Source: Bacteroidales bacterium (GTDB lineage: Bacteria > Bacteroidota > Bacteroidia > Bacteroidales > VadinHA17). From it: a stretch of DNA of 64,000 bases. Position 1 is the first letter of the stretch; every line of letters starts with the position of its first letter. Shown here one piece after another: positions 36,947-45,442 of this stretch. Position numbers and translations under genes: made by a program. The notes under the pieces are model-generated. The model was not told the DNA's origin. It did no database searches and worked only from the letters and a program-made list of their open reading frames with translations. Where the stretch lies: assembly GCA_035297425.1 (NCBI GenBank), contig DATGYZ010000034.1, forward strand, positions 5,273-69,272. Direction: 5' to 3'.

Positions 36947-37597
36947 ATGGGTATTGATAAGATTCTCAAATTTTTTGTGCCAAAAGATTATTCTTTCTTT
37001 CCTCTTTTTGAACAAAGCGCTGAGAACATGGTGAAGGCTTCTGCCCTGCTCAAAGAACTTATGGCCAGCAATGATCCTGAAGTTCACGAGAGAATCAACA
37101 AGCAGATAAAGGACCTTGAGCATAAAGGTGATGAGATCACTGATAAGACTTACGAGCAACTTAATAAATCTTTCATAACACCTTTCGACAGGGAAGACAT
37201 TCATGAACTGACTGCACATATTGATGATGTTCTTGATTCTATCAACGGGGTCAGCCGGAGAATATGCCTCTACAAGCCAAAAAAGCTAATTCCTGTATAC
37301 CTGTCAATGGCAGAGCTCATTCATACTGCTGCTAAAGAAATTGAGGCAGCTATTCATTGCCTGAAAGATCCGGTGAAGTACAAAGATGAGCTCACCTCTG
37401 CCTGCGAGGTGGTTACAGACCTGGAACATAAAGCAGATGAACTTTATTTTGATGGTGCATTACACCTTTTCGAAGGAGAAGAAGACACAAAAGAATTACT
37501 CAAGAATAACAAAATCCTTGAAATTCTTGAAAGATGTGTTGACGAAGAGGAAGATGTAACTGACACAATGAAGTCCATTCTTATTAAAATGGCTTAA
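36947..37597 (+). CDS. DUF47 (PhoU-like, Pit accessory) protein, copy 2
   Basis: 216 aa. Same length as copy 1, with long identical blocks (FFVPKD.SFFPLFE, FITPFDREDIH.LTAHID, LERCVDEEEDVTDTMK.ILIKMA). Confidence 0.85.
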   Translation: MGIDKILKFFVPKDYSFFPLFEQSAENMVKASALLKELMASNDPEVHERINKQIKDLEHKGDEITDKTYEQLNKSFITPFDREDIHELTAHIDDVLDSINGVSRRICLYKPKKLIPVYLSMAELIHTAAKEIEAAIHCLKDPVKYKDELTSACEVVTDLEHKADELYFDGALHLFEGEEDTKELLKNNKILEILERCVDEEEDVTDTMKSILIKMA

Positions 37598-37678
37598 TCC
37601 CCTGGAATTGTGAATACCACATTTATAATAAGAGGATAATCTGAACACAAATTTTCAGTTCTTCTTCTCTGACTGCTG

Positions 37679-38107
37679 TCAGGTAACAATCGTCAGGATG
37701 TTTGCTGCCTTTGTTACAGTATAGCTTTTCAGGGGTCTGTTTGCAGGTCCCTGCAGAACACTGCCTGTAGTTCCAAATTCAGATCCGTGGCATGGGCATT
37801 GAACAGTACTTCCATTATAGGCAACAGTACAACCCTGATGTGTGCAGACACTTGATAATGCAATATATCCAGAGCCGGTATTGGCAACCAGGATTGATTG
37901 AACGATCTTGCTTCCGCCAGTGCTATTCAGCACATTATTATCCGGTGAGGAAAGATCGATAGTAATGTTTTGTCCCGGCGCAGGCGGCGAAGGTACGTTT
38001 GACGGATCATTCGCATCATCCTTGGAACAACTCTGCAATAAAGACGGGGCAATGAATAAGACTGTTGATCCAAGTACAATTTTTTGAAGTGAATCTCTCC
38101 GGTTCAT
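37679..38107 (-). CDS. Rieske [2Fe-2S] domain lipoprotein with Tat-like signal
   Basis: 142 aa. MNRRDSLQK twin-Arg, lipobox LLQSC, CTHQGC ... CPCHGS Rieske ligands. Confidence 0.8.
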   Translation of the reverse strand: MNRRDSLQKIVLGSTVLFIAPSLLQSCSKDDANDPSNVPSPPAPGQNITIDLSSPDNNVLNSTGGSKIVQSILVANTGSGYIALSSVCTHQGCTVAYNGSTVQCPCHGSEFGTTGSVLQGPANRPLKSYTVTKAANILTIVT

Positions 38108-38189
38108 AGATTTTTGTTTAAGTTAGAACCATTCTAAATAAACAAATAACCCATGAATTATGTTTTTGTAAAATCTTAAAAAATATCGC

Positions 38190-38522
38190 TTATTTGCTCC
38201 TTATCATGATGAGCATCATCTTGAAACGTTCCTGAGCATACACAGCATGTGGAATATCGCGCGGCATTATAATCAGCTGTCCTGAATCGACTATGGCGGG
38301 AACACCACCGATAGTGATCTCGCCTTTTCCATCAAGAACCATTATCACTGCATCGAAAGGTGATGTATGCTCGGTAAGTCCTTCTCCTTTATCAAATGAA
38401 AAAACAGATATATTACCTGTTTCCCTTTTGATAACAGTTTTACTTACAATTCCGCCATTTGAATACTCGACAGAATTTCTAAGATCTATGGCTTTAGCCT
38501 TTTCAAATTCATTTGTTATCAT
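38190..38522 (-). CDS. cupin domain protein
   Basis: 110 aa. G.GLTEHTSPFDAVIMVLDG ... IIMPRDIPHAV two-motif cupin. Confidence 0.75.
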   Translation of the reverse strand: MITNEFEKAKAIDLRNSVEYSNGGIVSKTVIKRETGNISVFSFDKGEGLTEHTSPFDAVIMVLDGKGEITIGGVPAIVDSGQLIIMPRDIPHAVYAQERFKMMLIMIRSK

Positions 38523-38550
38523 TAAAGATTGATTTTACACAAAGATCGCA

Positions 38551-38578
38551 AAAAAAAAGCTCCTGACCGGGAGCTTTT
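38551..38578 (-). terminator. intrinsic terminator after the MFS gene
   Basis: Stem GCTCC/GGAGC, 6-nt loop. A8 on plus strand gives a U-run on the minus strand. Confidence 0.65.
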
Positions 38579-38598
38579 CTTTTGACTTCAGAAATAAA

Positions 38599-39975
38599 TT
38601 ATTTTTTTATGTTGGGCAATTCGAGGCCATAACCCTTCTTCCTGTCTTCAGCTTTAAGAAGAAGAGCAAAAATTAGTGCCAGGATACCGAAGCCTGTGAA
38701 GACCATCATCGGTATTGTGTAATCGTATGCCGGGACTTCTACCCCATCAACAAGATGTGTTCCCTTAATACAATATTTGTCAAGAATCCATCCAATAAGG
38801 AGAGGAACACCCATCAGTCCCCAGTTTTGAACCCAGAAAATCAGGGCATAAGCAGAGCCAAGCTGTTTTTCAGGGATAATCTTAGGCACTGAAGGCCACA
38901 TTGCAGAGGGCACAAGTGAAAAACCTATCCCTAGAATGATAATAAGGAATATTGCAACAGGAACCTGGCGTAATGCCGGTATTGAGTACATCGCATGTAC
39001 GAAAATAAGGAGGATAGCTCCAATAATCATTATACTGGCGCCTTTTCCTTTCCTGTCATATACGCTGCCGAAAAGAGGGGTAAGTAACATCGTTCCGAAA
39101 GGAAGCATTGCGGGAATGGTTCCTGCCAGCTCAGGATCAATATTAAATTTATTCACCATGAGATCTGAAGCATATTTAAGGAACGGGAAAACCGAAGAAT
39201 AGAACAGGACACATAAGATTGCTATATACCACCAACCTTTATTTGAAATAATAAAAAAAATATCCCTGAGACTGAAAGATTCTTCAGGTTCAGATTCAGA
39301 AGAAGCTACTGCCTGCATTGATGCATCGAGCCTCTTGTCGAGTACAGTATAGAAAAAGAATGCAATAAGACCTATGCATAACATTATGAGACATACAAGG
39401 ATGGGAGCAGAAACGCTTCGGAAAGCATTTGCTATTGGTACTGATGTGGCAAGCGCAAGCGCAGTTCCCATCCTGGCAGTAGCCATTTCAAGACCCATTG
39501 CAAGAGCCATTTCTTTCCCTTTAAACCATTTCACTATTATTTTCGAGACTGTTATTCCAGCTACTTCAACCCCAACACCAAATGTTGCAAAACCCAGACC
39601 AGCTACAACCACCTGCATCTTCATGCCAAAAAGTTCCATGCCGTCAAGCGATTTGGTTGAAATAGCCCAGTACTTTATTGCAGTACCTACCACCATTATG
39701 ATTGTTGCCATTTTCCCGGTAAACCGAACACCCATCTTGTCAAGGATTATTCCTCCCAGGATAAGCATCAGGAGAAACACATTAAACCACCCATATGCAC
39801 TTGTGAAGAAACCGTACTCAGTACTGTTCCATAAAAGTTCTTTTTCAAGCATAGGCTTCAGGGGTGCCATTACATCGGTAAGATAATATCCGCAGAGCAT
39901 TGTAAATGATACAACACCTAAAGCGAACCATCTTGCAGTCTTTGAATCTCTCAAAGTAGTTCTTATAGTTTCCAT
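38599..39975 (-). CDS. MFS transporter
   Basis: 458 aa, about 12 TM. Substrate not inferable. Confidence 0.8.
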   Translation of the reverse strand: METIRTTLRDSKTARWFALGVVSFTMLCGYYLTDVMAPLKPMLEKELLWNSTEYGFFTSAYGWFNVFLLMLILGGIILDKMGVRFTGKMATIIMVVGTAIKYWAISTKSLDGMELFGMKMQVVVAGLGFATFGVGVEVAGITVSKIIVKWFKGKEMALAMGLEMATARMGTALALATSVPIANAFRSVSAPILVCLIMLCIGLIAFFFYTVLDKRLDASMQAVASSESEPEESFSLRDIFFIISNKGWWYIAILCVLFYSSVFPFLKYASDLMVNKFNIDPELAGTIPAMLPFGTMLLTPLFGSVYDRKGKGASIMIIGAILLIFVHAMYSIPALRQVPVAIFLIIILGIGFSLVPSAMWPSVPKIIPEKQLGSAYALIFWVQNWGLMGVPLLIGWILDKYCIKGTHLVDGVEVPAYDYTIPMMVFTGFGILALIFALLLKAEDRKKGYGLELPNIKK

Positions 39976-40137
39976 CGATTTCAGATTAAGGGCATAAATG
40001 TATAAAATATAACTGTAAGAAGGTCATCTGAATTCAACAATATAATCGTATTTAATCTATCACAATGGCATGACAAATATGAGGATCAATGAATAGGAAA
40101 ATTGTTTTACTTTGCATATAAATAGTAAGATCATATT

Positions 40138-40674
40138 ATGAAAAAGATTGTAATAGTTTCTGCCCTGATATTTTTATTAAACAATGCTTATTCACAGAAC
40201 GCTCCGGGCAAGGTTAAATGGTATACAATCCAGGAAGCTGAAAAGCTTGTAAAAGCTTCTCCAAGACCATTATTCATCGACACATATACAGACTGGTGCG
40301 GCTGGTGCAAGAAAATGGATGCCGAAACTTTCACAGATCCTGTAATATCCGGCATACTGAACACCAGGTTCTATCCGGTAAAATTTGATGCGGAAGGTTC
40401 AGAAAGTGTCACCTTCCTTGGCACGACATTTATCAATGACGGAAAGGCAGGGAAAGCCCACCAGCTTGCAGTTGCACTTCTTCAGGGACAACTGTCATAT
40501 CCCACAGTCGTATTCATGACATTTCAACCAGATGGTAAGGCAGAAATATCGCCGGTGCCAGGTTATAAGCCAGCAAAAGAAATGGAAGTCCTGCTCAGTT
40601 TCTTTGCCGACAAGGCTTATACGAGCCAGAAATGGGAAGATTACCAGAAAAACTTCAAAGGTAAAATCCAGTAA
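40138..40674 (+). CDS. exported thioredoxin-fold protein (Thioredoxin_7/DUF255-like)
   Basis: 178 aa. Signal peptide, then DTYTDWCGWCKKMD. Confidence 0.75.
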   Translation: MKKIVIVSALIFLLNNAYSQNAPGKVKWYTIQEAEKLVKASPRPLFIDTYTDWCGWCKKMDAETFTDPVISGILNTRFYPVKFDAEGSESVTFLGTTFINDGKAGKAHQLAVALLQGQLSYPTVVFMTFQPDGKAEISPVPGYKPAKEMEVLLSFFADKAYTSQKWEDYQKNFKGKIQ

Positions 40675-40692
40675 TCTCCGAATCTTATCTTA

Positions 40693-41823
40693 TTATTTCC
40701 CAATTATAAAATTGGAAGGCAGCCTTACTATTTCGCCAAACTGGTAAACAAGCCTGCGGGAATTGAATAAAACTTCATCCCCATAATGAATCTTAAGGCT
40801 TACAACATCCGGCACCCTGTAATACAGCATATCAGTCCTGTCTTCATCATCCTGGTCAATGGAACTTTTCAAAATTTCGAGTTCCTTTGTCTTTTTCTCC
40901 GGTTTTAATTCAATCAGAACAGGATCTCCTGATTTATTATCAGCAACCGGACCTGTAAGCTCCGAGAAGTTGAAAAGCGGTACAGCTTTGCCAGACGAAG
41001 CCAGATCAGGTATTACCTGCACTGTATAGTACCTTTTTTCGCTTATAGTCTTTCCGGTAAAAAGTTCCGTATACTCCCTCTCAAGACGGTTCATTTCATT
41101 TATAACAGCCTCGCTTTGTGGAAATACATTTGCTTCACCGGTAAGTATAAAATGTTCACCATCTCGCATTTCCATAAGCCTTCGAGCTGCCCTTTCTGCC
41201 AGTTGTTCGTCTGGCAGCTGCTTTCTTTTTTCAACAATATAAGGGATGCGGATGAATGTGGAATCAACATTTACTCTTTTAAATGCAGTATCACGTTGCA
41301 CCATAAAATACTCATCGGAACCAAGGTCTGAAGAAACAAACCTGCTTCTCTCATTCAACTCAACTCCTTCCTGGTTCCCGGATGTGTAATAATCAGAGGG
41401 ATTGATGTTCATTATCAGGCCTTCGTTCCTGAGTGAAAGTGCATTTGTCTCAAATGCTGTAGTGCCTTCAACGATATAAAGCTGCGAAGGATCGATTTCC
41501 TGGAGAGATTCAACCTTCAGTCCGGTTATTTCCCAATATTCATTTTCATTTTTAATTACATTGTTCAATCCCAGCAACTCACCAGCATATTTTGAATATG
41601 GACCAGGGATCTCTATCGTTCTTTTCATTTCCACAACAACATTAAAAACTGTCCTTGGAAGGCCGTAAACAATATTTCCATTTTGTACGCTCGTTTTTTG
41701 TGAAAGAGGTGAAACAGCTGTATCCGAATTGTATTTCCTCCCTGGATAACAGGATGATAATACAACAGCAATCATTGCCAGTCCTAATGCTTTTTTGATA
41801 TTTCTCATAACTTCATATTTCAA
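40693..41823 (-). CDS. hypothetical lipoprotein (possibly DUF4831)
   Basis: 376 aa. Signal plus lipobox VLSSC. No catalytic motif recognised. Confidence 0.5.
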   Translation of the reverse strand: MKYEVMRNIKKALGLAMIAVVLSSCYPGRKYNSDTAVSPLSQKTSVQNGNIVYGLPRTVFNVVVEMKRTIEIPGPYSKYAGELLGLNNVIKNENEYWEITGLKVESLQEIDPSQLYIVEGTTAFETNALSLRNEGLIMNINPSDYYTSGNQEGVELNERSRFVSSDLGSDEYFMVQRDTAFKRVNVDSTFIRIPYIVEKRKQLPDEQLAERAARRLMEMRDGEHFILTGEANVFPQSEAVINEMNRLEREYTELFTGKTISEKRYYTVQVIPDLASSGKAVPLFNFSELTGPVADNKSGDPVLIELKPEKKTKELEILKSSIDQDDEDRTDMLYYRVPDVVSLKIHYGDEVLFNSRRLVYQFGEIVRLPSNFIIGK

Positions 41824-41831
41824 TCAAATAG

Positions 41832-43352
41832 TTACTCATAAACAGAACACCTGATCTTATTAAACGCTTTACCCATATAATTAATTATATCAGATGCCAT
41901 CATAGATTCTTCAGAGATTTCCGATGCCGCAATATCACCAGCCAGCCCATGGATGAAAACTCCCAGCAATGCAGCATCTTCAGAACTGTATCTCTGCCCC
42001 AGCAGTGAAAGAATAATACCTGTAAGAACATCCCCGCTTCCGGCAGTTGCCATGCCCGGGTTTCCGGTGCTGTTGAAAAAAACTTTTCCGGAAGGAAGTG
42101 ACACAGATGTATATGCCCCTTTAAGAACAATTATAATATTATGAGATTTTGAAAGTTCCACCTGCTTCATAAGTCGCAGATATCCGTTCTCAGATTTCCC
42201 GGCCAGCCTGTCAAATTCACCCGGATGAGGCGTAAGGACTGTCCGGGCAGGCAATTTTGAGAGCAGTGATTTATCTGAAGCTATAATATTAATTCCGTCT
42301 GCATCAATTACAAGAGGCAGCGAGCAGTCATCCAAAAATCTTTTCAATGCATTGGCAGTCTCCGGCTGTGTTCCTAATCCAGGACCTATACCTGCTGCTG
42401 AGAACTTTTCAGTCCCTGGAAAATCAGAGACGACCATCTGTGAGCTATCTGTAATAACCATTGCTTCAGGAACAGAACTTTGCAGAACCTGGTAACCGCA
42501 TCCAGGCAGGTAACATGAAAGCAGTCCTGCCCCTGCCCGCAGGGCAGCCTTTGAACCTAGAACAGCAGCTCCAATCTTTCCATAAGAACCTGCAACAAGC
42601 AGGCAATGTCCGAAAACACCTTTATGATCGAACTTTTTGCGTTCATGAAGAGTGGATGAAGCATCATGAATTGTATATACACTAAACTCAGACGGCTCAT
42701 TATCAATGGCCACACGGTGAAGGCCGATATCAAGAACTTCCCATTTACCGGTAAATTTATTGTTGTCAGCAAACATGAACGCCAGCTTCGGGAACTGGAA
42801 AGTCAGGGTGAAATCCGCATTAATCACGCAGCCGGGGTTATTGCCTGAGTTATCTTCACAGAAAAGTCCGGAAGGCACATCGATTGAGATCACAGTTCTT
42901 CCTGATTCATTAATAACTTTAATCAAATGAGCTGCCACTCCTTCAACCGGCCGGTTTAATCCTGATCCAAAAATTGCATCAATAATTATTACATCCCGTG
43001 GAAGTAATGGTACATCCGATTGACCTTCAATGCAATGAACTATTATTTTTGAATCTTCAAGACGTTTATAGTTAATTTCAAAGTCATCAGACCTTTTGCC
43101 TGACTTTAGAAAATAGGCTTCAACATCGTAATCATTTTCTTTCAGCATCCTGGCAACAGCGAGACCATCGCCACCATTATTACCGGGACCTGCAAAAACA
43201 ATGAACCTCTCAGATCTTGAATACCTTGTCATCAGCCAGGAAGATACTTTCCCTGCTGCCCTTTCCATCAAATCGACTGATGAAACAGGCTCATTCCTGA
43301 CAGTATATTCGTCTATTTTCCTTATTTGTCCGCAGCTAAAGATTTTCATCAA
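41832..43352 (-). CDS. nnr: bifunctional NAD(P)H-hydrate epimerase / ADP-dependent dehydratase
   Basis: 506 aa. YjeF-N GPGNNGGDG and C-terminal carbohydrate-kinase GSGDVLTG. Confidence 0.9.
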   Translation of the reverse strand: MMKIFSCGQIRKIDEYTVRNEPVSSVDLMERAAGKVSSWLMTRYSRSERFIVFAGPGNNGGDGLAVARMLKENDYDVEAYFLKSGKRSDDFEINYKRLEDSKIIVHCIEGQSDVPLLPRDVIIIDAIFGSGLNRPVEGVAAHLIKVINESGRTVISIDVPSGLFCEDNSGNNPGCVINADFTLTFQFPKLAFMFADNNKFTGKWEVLDIGLHRVAIDNEPSEFSVYTIHDASSTLHERKKFDHKGVFGHCLLVAGSYGKIGAAVLGSKAALRAGAGLLSCYLPGCGYQVLQSSVPEAMVITDSSQMVVSDFPGTEKFSAAGIGPGLGTQPETANALKRFLDDCSLPLVIDADGINIIASDKSLLSKLPARTVLTPHPGEFDRLAGKSENGYLRLMKQVELSKSHNIIIVLKGAYTSVSLPSGKVFFNSTGNPGMATAGSGDVLTGIILSLLGQRYSSEDAALLGVFIHGLAGDIAASEISEESMMASDIINYMGKAFNKIRCSVYE

Positions 43353-43490
43353 TTGCCTTACTTATTACAAATGTAGGTATTTTATACTGTAACAGGAATA
43401 ATCTGTTAAAGCAGCCACCTTCAGCTCAGTGAAAATTTGATATATTTGTTTAAAATTAACCTGAAAAACAATTATTAAAAAGAGAATCAT

Positions 43491-45281
43491 ATGCTTAAGA
43501 ACCATCCAAAGGGTCTGTTTGTAGCCTTTTTTTCCAATATGGGAGAAAGGTTTGGCTTCTATACAATGATGGCCATACTTGTGCTATTCCTTCAAGCCAA
43601 GTTCAATCTTCCGGCTGAAGAAGCCGGCAACATTTACAGCTGGTTTTATTTTGCAATCTATGCCCTTGCGCTTGTTGGTGGTATCCTTGCTGATGCAACA
43701 AAAAAATATAAGCTTGTAATACTTGCTGGTATTGTAATAATGTTTGCTGGCTATGTGATAATGGCAATACCTGGGATGACTCTGACAATTACGATAATCG
43801 GTCTGATGACAATTGCATTAGGCAATGGCCTGTTCAAAGGTAATCTGCAGGCTGTTGTGGGCCAGATGTATGATGATCCAAAATATTCGAAGCTGAGAGA
43901 TACCGCTTTTATGATCTTTTATATGGGTATCAACGTTGGTGCATTCTTTGCTCCCTTTGCTGCAGAAGGAATCAGGAACTGGTGGCTTAAGACCAATGGA
44001 TTCCTGCACGATGCCAGTCTGCCTTCACTCTGTCACCAGTATCTGAACGGAACTATTGCTGATCCGGCAGTTTTTCAGGGTCTGGCAGACAAAGTTAGTC
44101 TTTCAGGCCATGTTTCTGACCTGGCAACATTTGCTCATCAGTACCTGGATGTTTTCAACAGGGGTTACAATTTTGCTTTTATGATAGCAGCAGGTGCGAT
44201 GGTGATATCACTGCTAGTTTATATCTTTTTCAATAAGCTGCTTCCTAATAAGGAAAAGAAAACCGATTCATCCTCTGAAAAGGTTGATTTCAAACCACTT
44301 CCTCTTGTCTTTGCAGTAATCGCAATGGGAGTGACAGCATTCCTTCTACAGTTCATCGAGAATGTAGGATGGACATCAGGATTTGCATTTGGACTGTTTG
44401 CAGGTTTCGTAACCTGGATAATAATGACTTCTACTAAAGAAGAAAGAGACAGGATAATTGCACTCGTGCTGGTATTTTTTGTTGTAATTTTCTTCTGGAT
44501 GTCTTTCCATCAGAATGGTCTGACATTAACTCTTTTTGCAAGAGATTATACCCTGAAACAGGTTGATCCATTTACGAAGTTATTCTTTACTCTTCCTTCA
44601 ATGCTGGCTGTAATAGCTGCAGTTGCAGGAATGGTGATGCTCCTGTATCGCGATATGAAATCCAATATGAAGGCATGGGGTGGACTATTATTTGCAGGAG
44701 GAATTGTGTTTTCTTACCTGTTATTTCAAAGGTTCGACAGACCGTTGAGCTCAATTTCACCAGAGGTATTCCAGACTTTCAATCCATTGTTCATAGTAGC
44801 GCTCACATTCCCTGTAATGGCTGCATTTGCATGGATGAACAAAAAAGGAATTGAGCCTTCCACTCCAAAGAAGATTGGAATAGGTATGATTATTGCGGCA
44901 CTCGGGTTCATTGTTATTCTCATGTCATCAATAGGGGCTCCTTCACCTGCATCATTACATGGCACTCCAATCTCTGATACCGAAAGGGTTTCGCCATACT
45001 GGCTCATGAGCAGCTACCTTGTGCTTACAATAGCCGAACTTTTTCTCAGTCCGATGGGCTTGTCGTTTGTTTCAAAGGTTGCACCTTCAAGGTTCCAGGG
45101 TTTGATGCAGGGAGGATGGTTGCTTGCAACTGCCGTTGGCAACAAATTGCTTTTTGTCGGAACAATACTTTGGGATAAAGTCAACCTGAGTACATTGTGG
45201 CTTGTATTTATTGTTTGCTGTCTAATATCTGCAGCTTTCATCTTTTCAATCTTGAAAAGACTTGAAAAAGCTTCAAAATAA
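43491..45281 (+). CDS. POT/PTR2 family di-/tripeptide:H+ symporter
   Basis: 596 aa. ERFGFYTMMAILVLF (ExxERFxYY-type) motif, about 14 TM. Confidence 0.9.
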   Translation: MLKNHPKGLFVAFFSNMGERFGFYTMMAILVLFLQAKFNLPAEEAGNIYSWFYFAIYALALVGGILADATKKYKLVILAGIVIMFAGYVIMAIPGMTLTITIIGLMTIALGNGLFKGNLQAVVGQMYDDPKYSKLRDTAFMIFYMGINVGAFFAPFAAEGIRNWWLKTNGFLHDASLPSLCHQYLNGTIADPAVFQGLADKVSLSGHVSDLATFAHQYLDVFNRGYNFAFMIAAGAMVISLLVYIFFNKLLPNKEKKTDSSSEKVDFKPLPLVFAVIAMGVTAFLLQFIENVGWTSGFAFGLFAGFVTWIIMTSTKEERDRIIALVLVFFVVIFFWMSFHQNGLTLTLFARDYTLKQVDPFTKLFFTLPSMLAVIAAVAGMVMLLYRDMKSNMKAWGGLLFAGGIVFSYLLFQRFDRPLSSISPEVFQTFNPLFIVALTFPVMAAFAWMNKKGIEPSTPKKIGIGMIIAALGFIVILMSSIGAPSPASLHGTPISDTERVSPYWLMSSYLVLTIAELFLSPMGLSFVSKVAPSRFQGLMQGGWLLATAVGNKLLFVGTILWDKVNLSTLWLVFIVCCLISAAFIFSILKRLEKASK

Positions 45282-45385
45282 TACCAGAATGTAAATCAGT
45301 ATTAAAAAAATGTAATGCTTTTATAGTAAATAGCTGTATTTAATTAATAAAAGATGAAAAACAGAATACAATAGCCGAATTTATT

Positions 45386-45393
45386 TAAATTTG
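45386..45393 (+). promoter_or_regulatory. -7 box TAaaTTTG upstream of thrA
   Basis: Exact TAnnTTTG. It would place the transcription start at about the first base of the 45401-45430 hairpin. Confidence 0.35.
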
Positions 45394-45400
45394 TGTTTTT

Positions 45401-45430
45401 AAAAATGCATCTCGTTAAAGATGCATTTTT
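45401..45430 (+). promoter_or_regulatory. perfect 11-bp hairpin plus T-run in the thrA leader
   Basis: AAAAATGCATC (45401-45411) / GATGCATTTTT (45420-45430), 8-nt loop. Ends 12-18 nt before the thrA start codons. Confidence 0.5.
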
Positions 45431-45442
45431 ATTTCAAAGAGA

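Noticed and set aside
40041-40075. A single GTGATAG...GATTAT-like sequence (minus-strand orientation) upstream of the Thioredoxin_7 gene, as a fifth copy of the operator motif.
   Set aside because: The spacing between half-sites is 10 nt rather than 7. It is a single copy, in opposite orientation, and lacks the conserved promoter block. It is probably chance in AT-rich DNA.
45354-45374. Mini-ORF MKNRIQ upstream of thrA as a classical thr attenuation leader peptide.
   Set aside because: It has no Thr/Ile codons and no alternative antiterminator pairing that I could find.
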